This document shows positions 50,766 through 63,400 of a stretch of DNA of 64,000 bases, piece by piece. Position 1 is the first letter of the stretch, and every line of letters starts with the position of its first letter. The stretch lies in assembly GCA_043228905.1 (NCBI GenBank), contig JBHGNT010000003.1, forward strand, positions 7,254,001 through 7,318,000, given 5' to 3'. The position numbers and the translations under genes were made by a program. The DNA is from Azolla caroliniana. Lineage: Eukaryota; Plantae; Polypodiophyta. Below the pieces are notes generated by a model. It saw nothing but the letters and a program-made list of their open reading frames with translations, searched no databases and had not been told where the DNA came from.

Positions 50766-53700
50766 CATCCTTGTCCCATCAAGCTCCCCGAGATGGTAGG
50801 TCCCGTTGTCGTTGGCGCTTGTCACCACGTAAGGCCCGAACCACCTCCTTGTGAACTTCCGCATCGCCTTGTGCTGGTTGTCAAGGCTGCTATCATATAC
50901 CAGAACCCGGTCGCCTTCCTTGATTTTCTTCGGCGTTAGTTAGTGAGTCCGGTCGAATCGCCCCTTGTTCTTTACCCTCGCAGCCCGCAGCTTTTCGGCG
51001 GCTCGTTCCACATCCTCCGGTCTTCGCTCAAGCTGTCGGATCTGCGCCGCTAACAACTTCTCTTGGCCCATCTCATCTCTCCAATCCACCGTGGCCCATG
51101 AGGAGATCGTTCGCTCCATTGGCATAACCGGCTTCTGCCCGTACACCAGCTCCGCCGGCATGAACCCGGTTACCGAATTGTGCGTAGTTCGGTCGGCCCA
51201 CAACGCATAGGGTAAGAGCCGTAGCCAGTTTCCGACTTGGCCTCCACATGCCCGCACTAACGCTTTGATGATCGGCCCATGTCCGCGTTCCACCTTCCCG
51301 TTCACCTCCGGATTGTACGCATGGTGAGCGAGAGTTTAACTCTTAGCCGATCAAACAACACTTCAGCCTCTTGTGCGTCCAGTTCTCCGCGGTCGTCTAC
51401 GATCTTTCCTACGCACCCGTACCGGCATACCACTTCTTCGATCAGAAATCAGCACACAACTGCGGTCGTTTTGTTTGGCAACGCTCGGCCTTCCACTTGG
51501 TTCGTCAGGTCCTCCCGAGCCAGCACCAGATATCGCATCTGCCCTACCCCCATCGGCATCGTCACCAGATCCACCATCCACTTGAAGTAGATGGTCGGAG
51601 GGTAGGTCGGGTGGAGCTCGTCCCGATGTTGGACTATGGAGTGCATATGATAGCTTTCGCAAGCCGTCACGAACCGATGCACGTCCCGATATAGTCCCGA
51701 CCACCAGTACTTCCCCTTCAGCTTCTCGAACGTGGCCCACGTCCCGCGGTGTCCGGCCCAGGGAGTCTCGTGGTACGCTGTCAACAGTTCCAACTGTTCC
51801 TCTTTCTTCGCCACAACCTGGAGCGGGATGTCGTTTCTCTTCTTCTCTTCTTCTCTTCTTCGAGTGCTTCCATATGCATCCATCCCGTAGGAAGAATCGG
51901 TATGCTTTCTTCCAAATCCGGTTGGTCTCTTCCTTCGTCCACGCCACGTCCGGTGTCATTGTCTTCAGGAACCCACCGATCTGGAGCCATTCTTGTCGTA
52001 CTTGCTCTCGTCGAACTCGTTAAGCATCGGAGTGCTCCCCTTGTTGTTACGTAAGCCGTCTCGAAGAATTCCATGTCGACTTCTTCGTCCTTCGAAACCA
52101 TGCCGTCCTCATCATGGAATCTCGCCCTCGAAAGCATGTCGGCCATGGCGTTGTCCTTTCCAGAAATGTGTCATATTTCTAGATTCAGGGACTTGATGAA
52201 TGCTATCCACCTGAGCATTGCCAGGTCTGGCGTCGCGCATCCGAAAACCATACCGAGAATCGGCAGGCAGTCCGTCTCGATTATCACCTCTGTCCTGATC
52301 AGGTAGTCTTTGTCGGCCTTGACCGCCGAAACAATACCCCAGAGTTTGTGTTTAACTTGGGCATACCCTCGTTGTCGTTCATTGAGGAATTTCGCGCCGA
52401 ACCGGATGGGGAACCTCGTGCCATTCTCATCCTCCTGTTGATCACCCATCCGATTCTGGTCGGACTCGTGTCTACCGTCATGTAAATCGGAATGTCTTTA
52501 CCGTAGACCACTTTCCGGAGTGTCGGCGCCGCAACAAGTGCTTCTTTCATTTCCGGACCGACTCCGTATGCTCCTCCCGCCACTCGAATTTACGCCCTTT
52601 CTTCAGCAATCCATAGAGTGGCTCCATGACGTGGGCGTAATGTGGGATCCAGATATGGTAGAACGCACATGCTCCAAAGAATCTCCGAACTTCCGTGACC
52701 GAATTCCAGTCGCGCTTCATCGCAGAGATGGCCTCTACCTTGGCCGGCGTCGACTTCCGATCGAATGGCCCGCATAGGTGTCCGACGACCATGATCTCTG
52801 ATTGCCCGAAGGCTGATTTTTCCCCGGAGAAGGTGAGCCTCGCGCCTTTTAGTCTTTGTAGCACCTTCTCGCAGTCATCGACGTGGTCCGCCACGAACTT
52901 TTGGCATCCGTCTGGTCCGATTGTCTCGTTCTTATCCTCCAACGAGCATCCTTTGATCGGGATGTCGTCTAAGAATGGCATGGTGATGTCCGGGATACAA
53001 TCCCTTAGCACTTTGTTCATTGCGTTCACCATGTGGGCTACCGAGTTCGTCCCTCCTTGTGGAAGGGTACACATTCGTACTAGGCCAAGAGGCGTCCGCA
53101 TCGTCGTAATGTCCCTGCTCTCCACGGCTAACTGGAATTGATCGTATCCCGAGTACAGATCACCGACCGAGTAAATTGACCTTCCGGCAAAGGCCTCCGC
53201 GAACTCGTCTATGGTTGGTCTGATTCCTGCGTTCCGAATGGTCACCTTGTTGACCGGTTGGAGGTCTTGAATGAAGCGTAGCGTGCCGTTCTTCTTGGGC
53301 ACGGTAAACCACCGATTAGAATACGGGGCACTCGACGGTTCGAGGATGCCCATATCCACCTTTTGTTTCAGCAGCTCCATCAGATTCGGGATGTGAGCTC
53401 TAGGTACTGGGATCGGTTTGAGGTTCCACGGTAGATGCAGTACCGTAACGATCACCATTGGTTCTACCATCGTCGGGTCTACGCACCCGATCTCCTCCAG
53501 CGAGAATGTGAAGGCCTTTCCGTATCCCCTGAGCATTCTCCGAAACCGGTCCTCCTCCGTCGGCAGTAGAAAGCCACCCCCACCTATCTTGAGCTCCCGT
53601 AGCGTTATGTCGGTGAGCCGGTGCCCTATGCCGGCCGGATCTCATAAACTCGGGTCCGATGCGACCCCTTTCATCCGTAACTCGCTGCCCTCCGGCAAGG

Positions 53701-55929
53701 GTGCCGCGACTGGCCTCACCTTCCGGTCCACAATCTTGTACTTTGTATCCAGTTAGGCCGTCCGATCCGACTCGAGTCCTCTACCAAAGTCGGCGATGAC
53801 TTTGTACATCTTTTCCGAACATACCGGAATCGTCCGGTCTTCACTAAGGCCTTCTCTGAACACCTCCCGTAGCTTCCCCAAGGCGTCGTCGAAAGAGACC
53901 GCCTCCACGGCTCTGGTGATTTCCTCTCCAGGGCCGAGGACTCTGCATGCCTTGAGTCGCTCTTCTGCCCGCTTATTCTCCCGGCCAACAACACCGGTTA
54001 TTGTACAACCTCCGTTGTTGAAGAACCAAAACTTCCTACCTATGTTATAGGTTCTTCTGCCTACCGTACATGTGTGGGGTTTTTCCGGAGTTTCCGGACT
54101 ATCGCGTCCCCACACCTTGATAGCCCTCTCTAAAAATCCCCTCGGCTTTCGCTGTCGAGGGTCTCTCGGTTCCGTTCATGGTTTGGTCATACCGTCAAAA
54201 ACTAGACAGAGTGACGCCCGTCCTGGCTCTTGACTGGCACCTTCGTTCAACACCTTCGTCTCCATTCGTGCCGCTGTGATGTACGGTTCCCCGAGTATCA
54301 CCGAATGTGAGGATGTCTCCTGCACAAAGAAGTGCTGATCGATCTCAACATCACCGATTTTCACTGGTACATTCGAGTACGCTCCGTGTAGCTCCTCCGT
54401 GGGGTACGTCGTCGCTCGTATTTTCCACCCGTGCTTGGTGTTTATCGACCACTTGCCCTTCTTATAAAAGTCCATGGACATCAAGTTGATTTCTGAACCG
54501 TGGTCTACCAACACCACCACCACCACCGGCTCCTGGACATCTCTGATCTTAACGGGGGTCTCCGTAGTGCCCCTAGCCCAATGTAGCCTCGAGTAGTGGC
54601 TTTCCGCCAACTCGTCTTCCAGGGCCATGTCTTCTAGGTGCATCGTTTGCACCTCCACCGGCTTTTCCGGCTCCGACTCCGTCGAAAACCTTTCCCGCTT
54701 CACCAAGTCTACGATGGAGTCGTGGAACTCCTTCTTGGCGATAGCGAGCACCTCCCTCAACCACAACACCATTTTGTTGTCGAGGATCTGTTCCTCCAGG
54801 ACCTTTCGTAGGTCCGTGGTCCTTTCGATCTCTTTGCTCAACTGGTAACCGGCCTTCTTAGCCTTGTCTGGTGCTCCGGATGCACCGCCATCATTCTACT
54901 TCGGCCCAAATTGGGTCTCATACCATTGTGAGGGTCCAGCCCCCTCGGTCTTTCCCGAGCGCTTGTCTTCCACCAGAACCTCGTAGTTCTGGCACGTGGC
55001 TTCCATGAAGCTCGTGTTCTCATCGACCGGGTCACTCCACTCGGTTACCTCCCGGTATCGTGATGTGGCGTGCTCGAGAGTGGGAAAAACCGGCGAAAGG
55101 GGGGTCAAAATGTGCATGTGCAATGTGTGTACACACAAAGGCGATTAATTGTGCATATGCAAAATAAAAAGGAAAAGAAAGGGTGGAAAGGAGGTATAGA
55201 AGCTCGTGCAAAAAGTAAGAGAGAGGAGAGATAAAAGGTAGAGGGGAGACATGCTAAGAATTTGTAGAGATAGAATTATATATTATATAAGAGAGAGTTA
55301 GTGGGTTAGTGGATAGTCACATTCAGTATTAGCTAGAGGTGCATGGTTTGAATCTAGACTTACATTGTAGCGTGATTTAAGGAATGTTATTCCTTTTTCA
55401 TTGAAGACAAATATGGCGAACCCCCTTTCTTTTTTTTCCTATAAAAGGAGGTCGAGGGGGGCTCATTCGGGAGGAGGTTTTGGGAGGAGGAGACTATCGC
55501 CAATTTTCATTCGAAGCTCTTCATATTCTTATTCACCACTTCTCTTCATCTCATACCCCTTCATCCCCCCATCACCATGTGCTCGTCTTCTTCGTGTCGG
55601 CACTCGAAGTGCTCTTGAGCCCAAGCTTCGTTGGTTCGACGTTGCTCCGCCCCGTTCGTCGTTGCGAGCTTGTGTGCTCGCCGTTCGGGTGGTCGTGGTT
55701 CGTTGGGATTGGCATTTTGGTGGTGCTCGTGTGTTCATCTTCGCCATGTTCGGATTTGCTTTTGTCTCTAAGGGCATTTAATATTTATGTTTTGATTGGG
55801 CTTGTGGTTAGCTATAAGTTGCCATTGTAAACAAAACCCTATTTTATAAAGGGTCCTCTTGCGTTGGAATCGAACACGTATTTATCTCTTTGGTCGATAT
55901 CATTCATGTTTCTTTCTCTCCTTCTTTCT

Positions 55930-56770
55930 TATTCGTGTCTTCCTTGTACGTTTGGCCGTCTTGTGACGAGGGAGCGTTTCGGGCGTGCCCATGCACCTCT
56001 CCTCCTCATAAAGACGTACGAGCATTTGTGCGTGTGTTTGTGTCTTCCGTGTACGTTCGGTCGTCTTGTGACAAGGGACCGTTGCGGGCTTGCCCATGCA
56101 CCTCTCCTCCTCATAAAGGCATACGAGCATTTTGTGCGTGTGTTTGTGTCTTTCTTGTACGTTCGACCGTCTTGTGACGAGGGGACCGTTTGGGCTTGCC
56201 CATGCACCTCTACTCCTCATAAAGGCGTACGAGCATCTGTGTGTGTGTTTGTGTCTTCCTTGTACGTTCGGCCGTCTTGTGACAAGGGAGCGTTTCGGGC
56301 GTGCCCGTGCACGTCTCCTCCTCATAAAGACGTACGAGCATTTGTGTGTGTTTTTGTGTCTTCTTTGTACGTTCGGCCGTCTTGTGATGATGGACCGTTT
56401 CGGGCTTGCCCATGCACCTCTCCTCCTCATAAAGGCATACGAGCATTTTGTGCGTGTGTTTGTGTCTTCCTTATATGTTCAGTCGTCTCATGATGAGGGA
56501 GCGTTCGGGCTTGCCCATGTACCTCTCCTCCTCATAAAGGTGTACGAGCATTTTGTGTGTGTGTTTGTGTCTTCCTTGTACATTTGGCCGTCTTGTGACG
56601 AGAGGGCGTTTTGGGCGTGCCCATGCACCCCTCCTCCTCATAAAGGCGTACGAGCATTTGTGCATGTGTTTTGTGTCTTCCTGGTACATTCGACGTCTTG
56701 TGACGAGGGAGCGTTCGGGCGTGCCCATGCACCTCTCCTCCTCATAAAGACGTACGGACATTCATGTTTG
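55930..56770. repeat. ~105-bp tandem repeat, 8 copies, inside the H LTR
   Basis: Core 'gcccatgcacctctcctcctcataaag' (with variants) at 55987, 56092, 56198, 56303, 56408, 56513, 56619, 56723. Confidence 0.95.
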
Positions 56771-57053
56771 TGTTATCGTCCCCTTGTGCGTTCATGTTGC
56801 GTGCTCATCTTGCTTGTACCCGTTTGGTCACTTGGCTCGTGCAGTGATCTCGAAAGGTCGACGAGTCGTGATCAACGAGAGCCACTGGCCTCACAAAACA
56901 AAGGGCAATGAGACCTTGCTCGGGAAGGGGTCGGGAAGTAGTATTGTCGTAAAGCAAACCTCGGGTCTTCTCTATCCCTTGAGTACTCCCTAGTCCAAGA
57001 CCCCCGTGGTCCCGCCCAAGTAACACACGTGCGCGAAACTTCGCGACATAAAT

Positions 57054-57071
57054 TGGTGAACCCGACGTGAA
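57054..57071 (+). promoter_or_regulatory. Primer-binding site complementary to the tRNA-Trp(CCA) 3' end
   Basis: TGGTGAACCCGACGTGAA is the reverse complement of the plant tRNA-Trp 3' end (..TTCACGTCGGGTTCACCA, recalled sequence), 5 nt after the LTR CA. Confidence 0.8.
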
Positions 57072-57959
57072 AGGGCGCCAAGGGAGAACCAAGATGCGAG
57101 GAGGAGAATTCACTGAAGCGATGGTGGCTGCGGTGGACCGCTTGGTAAATGCCTGAGAAGGCATCACCGGCCTAGACCGGGCCATAGAGACAGTGGTTAG
57201 CACAACGGGTCGGTTCAATGGAAGAGATATCACGACCTACTTGGAGAAATACTATGGTACTTTTATAAGAATTTGAGAAGCGCTTCGTGCGACTCTTGGC
57301 TCTCGATAGGATGGTGCTTGACACAACCAAGGTTCTACTATTCATAAAGACTGTTGATGCACGAGACCGAGAGAAGGTGGGGTCCCTCCTCGAAACTGAT
57401 GATGGGCTCATGACGGATTGGGCTATCGTAAAACAGGTTTGTAGCCGCTTCGATAAGAGAAGGGAATGGAACGACAGGTCTCCGTTGAGCGGCCAAACAT
57501 CCACAGGCTCCATTAGTGAGACACATGAACCCAGGGGTGGTAGAATACCTCAAGAAAGAGAGCAAGAAAATGCAAGGTTCGTCCCCGAGAGAAACGTGGT
57601 TGAAGCACCGTCGGGAGCGTTGGCAATAGACGAGCTCACAAAGATGGTGCGAGATCTCCAAATAGCGCAAGCTAGGAGAGAGAGTGGCAGCCCTCAAGAT
57701 CGACGTCCCCTGTTCGCGCAAAGATGTATGTGGTGCGACAACCCCAACCACCTACGAAGGGAATGTGGAGACTTTCAAGAGGCCCTAAGAAAGGATATTG
57801 TCTATCTTTGGAACAATAGGGTCTATTCGATGGAGACAAGGCACCCCTTGGGATTGAATCAAGGCCGAGGGGGCATGAGAAGGCTAATGGAGGAGGCCGA
57901 AGCACGACATGTTGAAGCCGTCCACTACTTGGCGTCGGCTGGGATCCAAGTGGGGATAA

Positions 57960-59150
57960 TAATCAAAAAGAAACAGTAGATGGTTCCATGAAAATGCGTG
58001 AAGAAGAACCTAAAAGGAGCATATGGAAAAGTAGAAACCTCGATGCGAGAATGGAGATAATAATGCATTTGAGTGAGGAGCAAGTCGATTATGTTCGAAA
58101 CTTAAACAAAGCAAACAAAGTGTGGGAGTATTTGCGAAAGATTCATCAACCATCTGACGGGACAATGATTTTTTTTTCATTCAAATAATTGATGAACATA
58201 CAGATGAAATAAGGCAAAGAAATCAAAACATTTATAATGAAGTGGCAAAGACAATTAGATGCAGCCATCTCTTCAGGTATAATATCGATGAAATTTCCAA
58301 GTGTAAAATTTTAATGGGACCGCTACCAAAATATTGGTTGACTTTCATAAGTATTCATAGTGTATTTTTTTTTTAAAATTTACAAAATTTTGTAGCAAAG
58401 ATGAAGCAAGGTGAACTACGAAGGAAAAGAACGAGTTCACAACATGAGGCTAGACACATGGCCATGGCAGCCTCAATGAGAAATAATTGACATAACTTTG
58501 CAAAGCAAAAATTTCAATGGTTTCCAAACAACCGGATGTTTCAACAGAAGAACAAATCAAATGGAATGGGAGGGTTGACAATATCTACAATCACGTGTTG
58601 GTATTGTAATAAACAAGGTCATTTTGAAAAATATTCTAGAAAGAAACAATTTGATCTTAAAAAGAAAGGGAAGAAGTTTTACCCTTAAATACATAGTGCA
58701 TCATTGCAAAATGATAACGTGAGTTATTGTTAAGAAGAAGATGAACACAACAATTTTATGCAAGCTTTTACAAGAGATGCAAATGAAAGTCAATCGAATC
58801 AAAATATAGGCAGCGACAACCTTTGGTTCTTCGACACTAGAGCGACACATCACTTGATGAACAACAAAAATCTTCTACATAACTATTGCCCCCTTCCAGA
58901 AGCACTCCAAGTTACATTCGGTGACCATGGCACAAAAATTGCCATTGGAGAAGGGGAAGTACATTTGTCCCTAAACAAATCGAAGACAGTAAGCATTCCA
59001 GATGTTTATTATGTTCCGAGTGTAATGAGAAACTTAATATCTATAAGCTATGCAACAAAAAATGGAATAACTATATAATTTAATAATAATTTTGCGGTTA
59101 TTTCTCATGAATTTTGCCTACTGGTGAGATACTAAGAATAACTATCACGG
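57960..59150 (+). mobile_element. Degenerate AT-rich Copia gag-PR fragment
   Basis: KVWEYLRKIH, LP..WLTF, CWYCNKQGH, LWFFDTRATHHLM, VYYVP..RNLISI. Confidence 0.75.
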
Positions 59151-59260
59151 ATACAAAATATGCATAAGAGAGTAGAAGATAATCAAAGGGATGAGTTGAT
59201 TAATTGAAAGACTAAGTAACTAGTGTTCTTGACCTTGATTGTAATCTAGGTGATCAGACA

Positions 59261-60405
59261 TTTTTTTTTCCTTGAAAGATTTTCTTCAATAGTATTAAAA
59301 CCATCTAAAGACTACAAGTTGAGGCTATCTGCCCATAGGCTTACAACGTAGAATAAAAGCCAATGTATGTACACCAAAACCTATACCTACAAAAACAACT
59401 TATACAGGGATGTTGAACCTTGATACAGTACATTAACATGTTGTTTTTATATTCAAGAAAGGGTCCATGGAAGTTGATAGTTCCATTGAGGTCTTTGATT
59501 TGTCACTACAAAGAGGGGCACCTTCCTCCATAAGTGAAGAAGCTTCATCCTTCTCTTATGAATATTTTCTGGAGAACCATACATGTTATCATACTGCCCA
59601 CGAACTACTGTTAGCAATGTTTCCCATATCTGAAGCAGTACTTGTAAAAGACCAAGCTTTGTTGCATCATAAAGTCAATTGCATCTACATTTCCATAATA
59701 CCCATAACGTTACCGTAGTCACAGTTTTCCAGACATGGACAGATCACACCTGCTTTCGAGGTTGCCGAAACGGACTAACCGATATCAATCTTCTGTTGTG
59801 TACCATCATGGCCTCTTGAATATCGTCTGCCTCATACAACATCAAGTTGGACTGTAAAATTCCCCACACGGCTGCTCCCCATGAGAACAAGCAATCAACA
59901 TTGATCGTTAGGAATAAAGAAAGAACTTTATTCCATACTTTTTGAGCCAAGGAACAAGACCAGAGGGCATGCTTAGTAGTCTCCTATGTTGCATAGCAAA
60001 ATCCACATTACTTGAGATTAGGTGCTACATTCCCTTTCAACGACTAGCCAACTAGTAATGTTGCATGCACTAATTGCCATCTAAATAGAATAAATTCAGA
60101 GGGCCCCTTGAAAGAATAGATCCATCGCCAATAGGTTTTCAATTGCAACATTGAAACACCCCAGTTAACCCAATGTTTTTGAGCTGTTGGTGCCATTAAA
60201 TTCATAGACCTTAGTAATGGCCTTCTAAGCTTCACTGAATACTGAAAAAAGGGAACCTTTATGATCTGTTCCCCCAAGGAATATGTCCAGAACCAATCAC
60301 CCGGATCCCATAGTAATCTTGCAATAGGTTCTTTTGCATACAACCACATCATATCACACATATGAGCGATAGAAGGCTAAGGATCAAAGAAAAAACTATA
60401 TTACG
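59261..60405 (-). mobile_element. L1 LINE 3' portion (family of 3740-6430) with short poly(A); interrupted by Copia J
   Basis: LLWDPGDWFW..VPFFQYSVK..YWRWI.SFKGP..KVWNKVLSLFLTIN matches 5790-6290; T9 at 59261-59269 with a 3' end resembling 6350-6385. Confidence 0.85.
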
Positions 60406-63400
60406 TGTTGAGAATCAAGCTCAACCTAGTCTCGTGTGTGAACACACCCTTGAGAGTGTGCACTCAAAGGTCAAAAGTCACCACTCTTATCCACACATTA
60501 ACTATGTGTCATAGAATCATATTCTATGACACATAACTAATGAGCTTTCACATTCCCCATGACCCATGAGCTTCGGTAGTTAATGAAGAGAGAGAGTGAC
60601 TATATAAAGCACTCTCCTCCTACTTTGTAATAATCTTGGTTAATCTCCTTTGTAATATACATTGTCTTGAGTATTCTATTCTTGTTTTAATCTATCTTGT
60701 GTTTCTCTCTCTCTCTCATACACACATACACACACTCACAACACAGTTCATATCTATTCCGCTGCACAGAATCCATCTCTTGATTCTTTACATGGTATCA
60801 GAGTGGTTTGGTAGCTCCATCTAGCCCATCTGCATGTGTTGAACTCTACGCCGACGTTCAAGAAGAACTGGCTCATCGTTATCGTAGTGCGACTACATAG
60901 CTCATATTCAAGAGAGAAGAAGAAAGAAGAAATCTACATCTAACACCATGAATACTCAAATGGGGATCGCTCTCCCTAGCGAGAAGTTGGACCGAAACAA
61001 CTTCACATCTTGGGAGTACAAGATGCACCAATACCTTGTTGGCCAAGGCTATTGGGGTTACATCAAGGGAGCACAAGAAAACCGACCTGACCCGGAAGAC
61101 GCCGACTACTCAACATGGGAGCAAGCGGCGAGTCGAGTAATGTATTGCTTGGCGACATGTGTTCACGACCACATGCTCGGTTACATTCGAGAAGCCAAGA
61201 CACCGAAGGAAGCGTGGGAAAATCTATGAAAGATTTTCACCGCCAACACGACTGCGAGGAAGCTTCAACTCCGCCAAGAGTTGAAGAACATCCAACAACG
61301 GGACATGTCCATGACAAGCTACACCTTGAGGATCAAGGAGCTTTGTGACTTTCTCGGCTCAATAAGCGTCAATGTGGATGATGATGAGATGGTGCAAATA
61401 TGCCTCAACGGCCTTGCACCACGGTTCAACTCGATGAGAACCGTCGTCCTAGCAAGGGAGAATCCTCCCTCTTTCTTTGATCTTCAATCTATGTTATTGG
61501 TCGAAGAGAATCATGTTCGAACAAGTAGCAATGCCTCGGAAGGCCACATGCTCTACACACATTCCAATGGAGTAAGAGGACGGGGCCGAGCAAGAGGCCG
61601 ATTTGGCCAAGGACGAGGTCACGGACAAGGTCCGACTTACGACAACAGCTCCCAAATTCGACAACAAGACAGTAGCCATCGAGGAACCTTCGGAAGAAGG
61701 GGGAGCTTCCATTCTGGTTCGAGTAGAGAAAACTTGATCTAATGCGGTTATTGCGGAAAAATCGGCAACCATGAAGAAGAGTGCCGAAAGAAGAAGCGCG
61801 AGTCGGCTTCAACAAGCCGACAACTCACCAATTACACCACCAACTCTGACTATGAAGATCATGGCGGAATGTTTGTAATGAGACATAGAGCAAATCCTAT
61901 GTCGGCCTCTACTTTGACTAATGCCTCCAATCCAGAAGATGTATGGTTTGTCGACTCCGGTGCTTCGAACCATATGACGTCCCATCAAGAATGGTTCAAA
62001 GACCTTCAAGAGCCAGATCGACCCGGTTATGTCGAGATCGGAGATGACACCACTCATCCGATTCGGCATGTCGGCAATGTCCCATTCGGGAAAGAAGGTG
62101 AACAAACTTGCATAAAACATGTCTTACATGTACCCACCATAACGAAGAATTTGATCTTGGTCGGCCAAATTGTGGAGCAAGGGATGCAAGTTCGATTCAA
62201 CCAAGGAGGTTGCTTTATCGAGAAGGAAGGCCGACTAATTGCTCGTGGTCTAAGGGAAGGCCGAATGTTTATTCTCGAAGTGAACGAGGTAAAATCGTCC
62301 ATGTTTGCAAAGGGCCTCAAACACAACACCGACATAGAGCTATGGCATAAAAGAATCGGCCATATCAATCTCAACAAACTCAAGGCGATGCAATCGAAAG
62401 GAGTTGTCAATGGGCTCCCGACCTTCAAAGAGAAAGAGATTGAAGGATTATGTGAAGCATGCCAATTTGGCAAGCAACATCGACACCCGTTCCCGAAGGA
62501 GAGGAACGTGAGCAAAGGCCTATTGGACGTAGTCCACTCGGATGTGTGGGGACCGGCACAGACGGCTACGTTCAGAGGATGTCGGTACTATGCTATCTTC
62601 ATCGATGACTTCTCTAGATACACATGGATCTTTCCCATGAGGATGAAGAGCGAAGTGTTTACACACTCTCAAAAATTCAAAAGCGAAGTCGAAAAGACAA
62701 CTGGGCGTCATGTATGATGTCTTCGGTCAGACGGAGGAAACAAATACTTCTCCGATGCGTTCACGGCATACCTTCGACAAGAAGGAATTCGGCGAGAATT
62801 CACTTGCCGACACACCACAACAGAACGGTGTAGCCAAACGCAAGAATCGGCACATCCTCGAAGTAGCTAGGCCCATGCTAAATGAGAAGCATATGCCCAA
62901 GTAATATTGGGCAGAAGCTGCAAATACTGCCGTCTACCTCATGAACCAATGCACAACATCTGGAGTGCATGAGGTCACCCTGCACGAGAAATACTATGGA
63001 AAGAAGCCGGATCTATCCCATGTAAGGATATTCGGCTCCATTGCATACGTGCACATTCCCGATGAGAAGCGGCAGAAGCTTGACCCAAAATCAGAGAAGA
63101 GCCTCCTCGTGGGGTACTCACAGGAGCAAAAGGGGTACAAGTGCTTCAACCCCTCTACTCGGAAGACTCGTGTAAGTCGGGATGTCGTCTTTGACAAATC
63201 AACATCATGGTACAAACCCGAGCCAACTCCTCCCGGACCATCTACGAACGACCTTGACAACACAGAAGACGTTGATCAACTAAGGTCAATACTCAAAGAG
63301 AGTTTGATCTCAACTAGATTGAGCAGACCACAAGAGCCTCTGAGCAACCAAAGCTCATCTCGACCAAATGCAAAGATGGACAAAGGGAAGGCTAAAATGC

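Larger units (their letters stand above)
38382..55060 (-). mobile_element. Ty3/Gypsy element G: 3' LTR 38382-39072, PPT 39073-39087, pol (INT-RH-RT-PR, 50771-55040); split by Copia E and interrupted by H
   Basis: PR VLVDHGSEINLM; RT DLYSGYDQF, LPQG, PFLDDI; RH VDTS, IETDC; INT GHRG..C, NGKVERGH, WFGPY; frame LGELDGTRM|AVPVTGKRIK is restored across TSD CATCC. Confidence 0.9.
55061..57955 (+). mobile_element. Ty3/Gypsy element H: ~2-kb 5' LTR (55061-57048), tRNA-Trp PBS, gag (57095-57955, truncated)
   Basis: TG..CA termini; TATA-like CCTATAAAAGG near 55440; gag GRFNGRDIT..YL, IDELTKMVRDLQI, CMWCDNPNHLRREC. Confidence 0.85.

Noticed and set aside
34000-54800. Numerous overlapping alternate-frame and antisense ORFs
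   Set aside because: Expected shadows of GC-rich retroelement coding sequence; no independent domain evidence
55930-56770. CRISPR array or repeat-protein ORFs (209 and 259 aa)
   Set aside because: Contiguous 105-bp tandem repeat inside an LTR; the ORFs follow from the unit length being a multiple of 3
57054-57071. tRNA gene fragment
   Set aside because: Only the 3' 18 nt including CCA, positioned right after an LTR, so it is a PBS and not a tRNA gene
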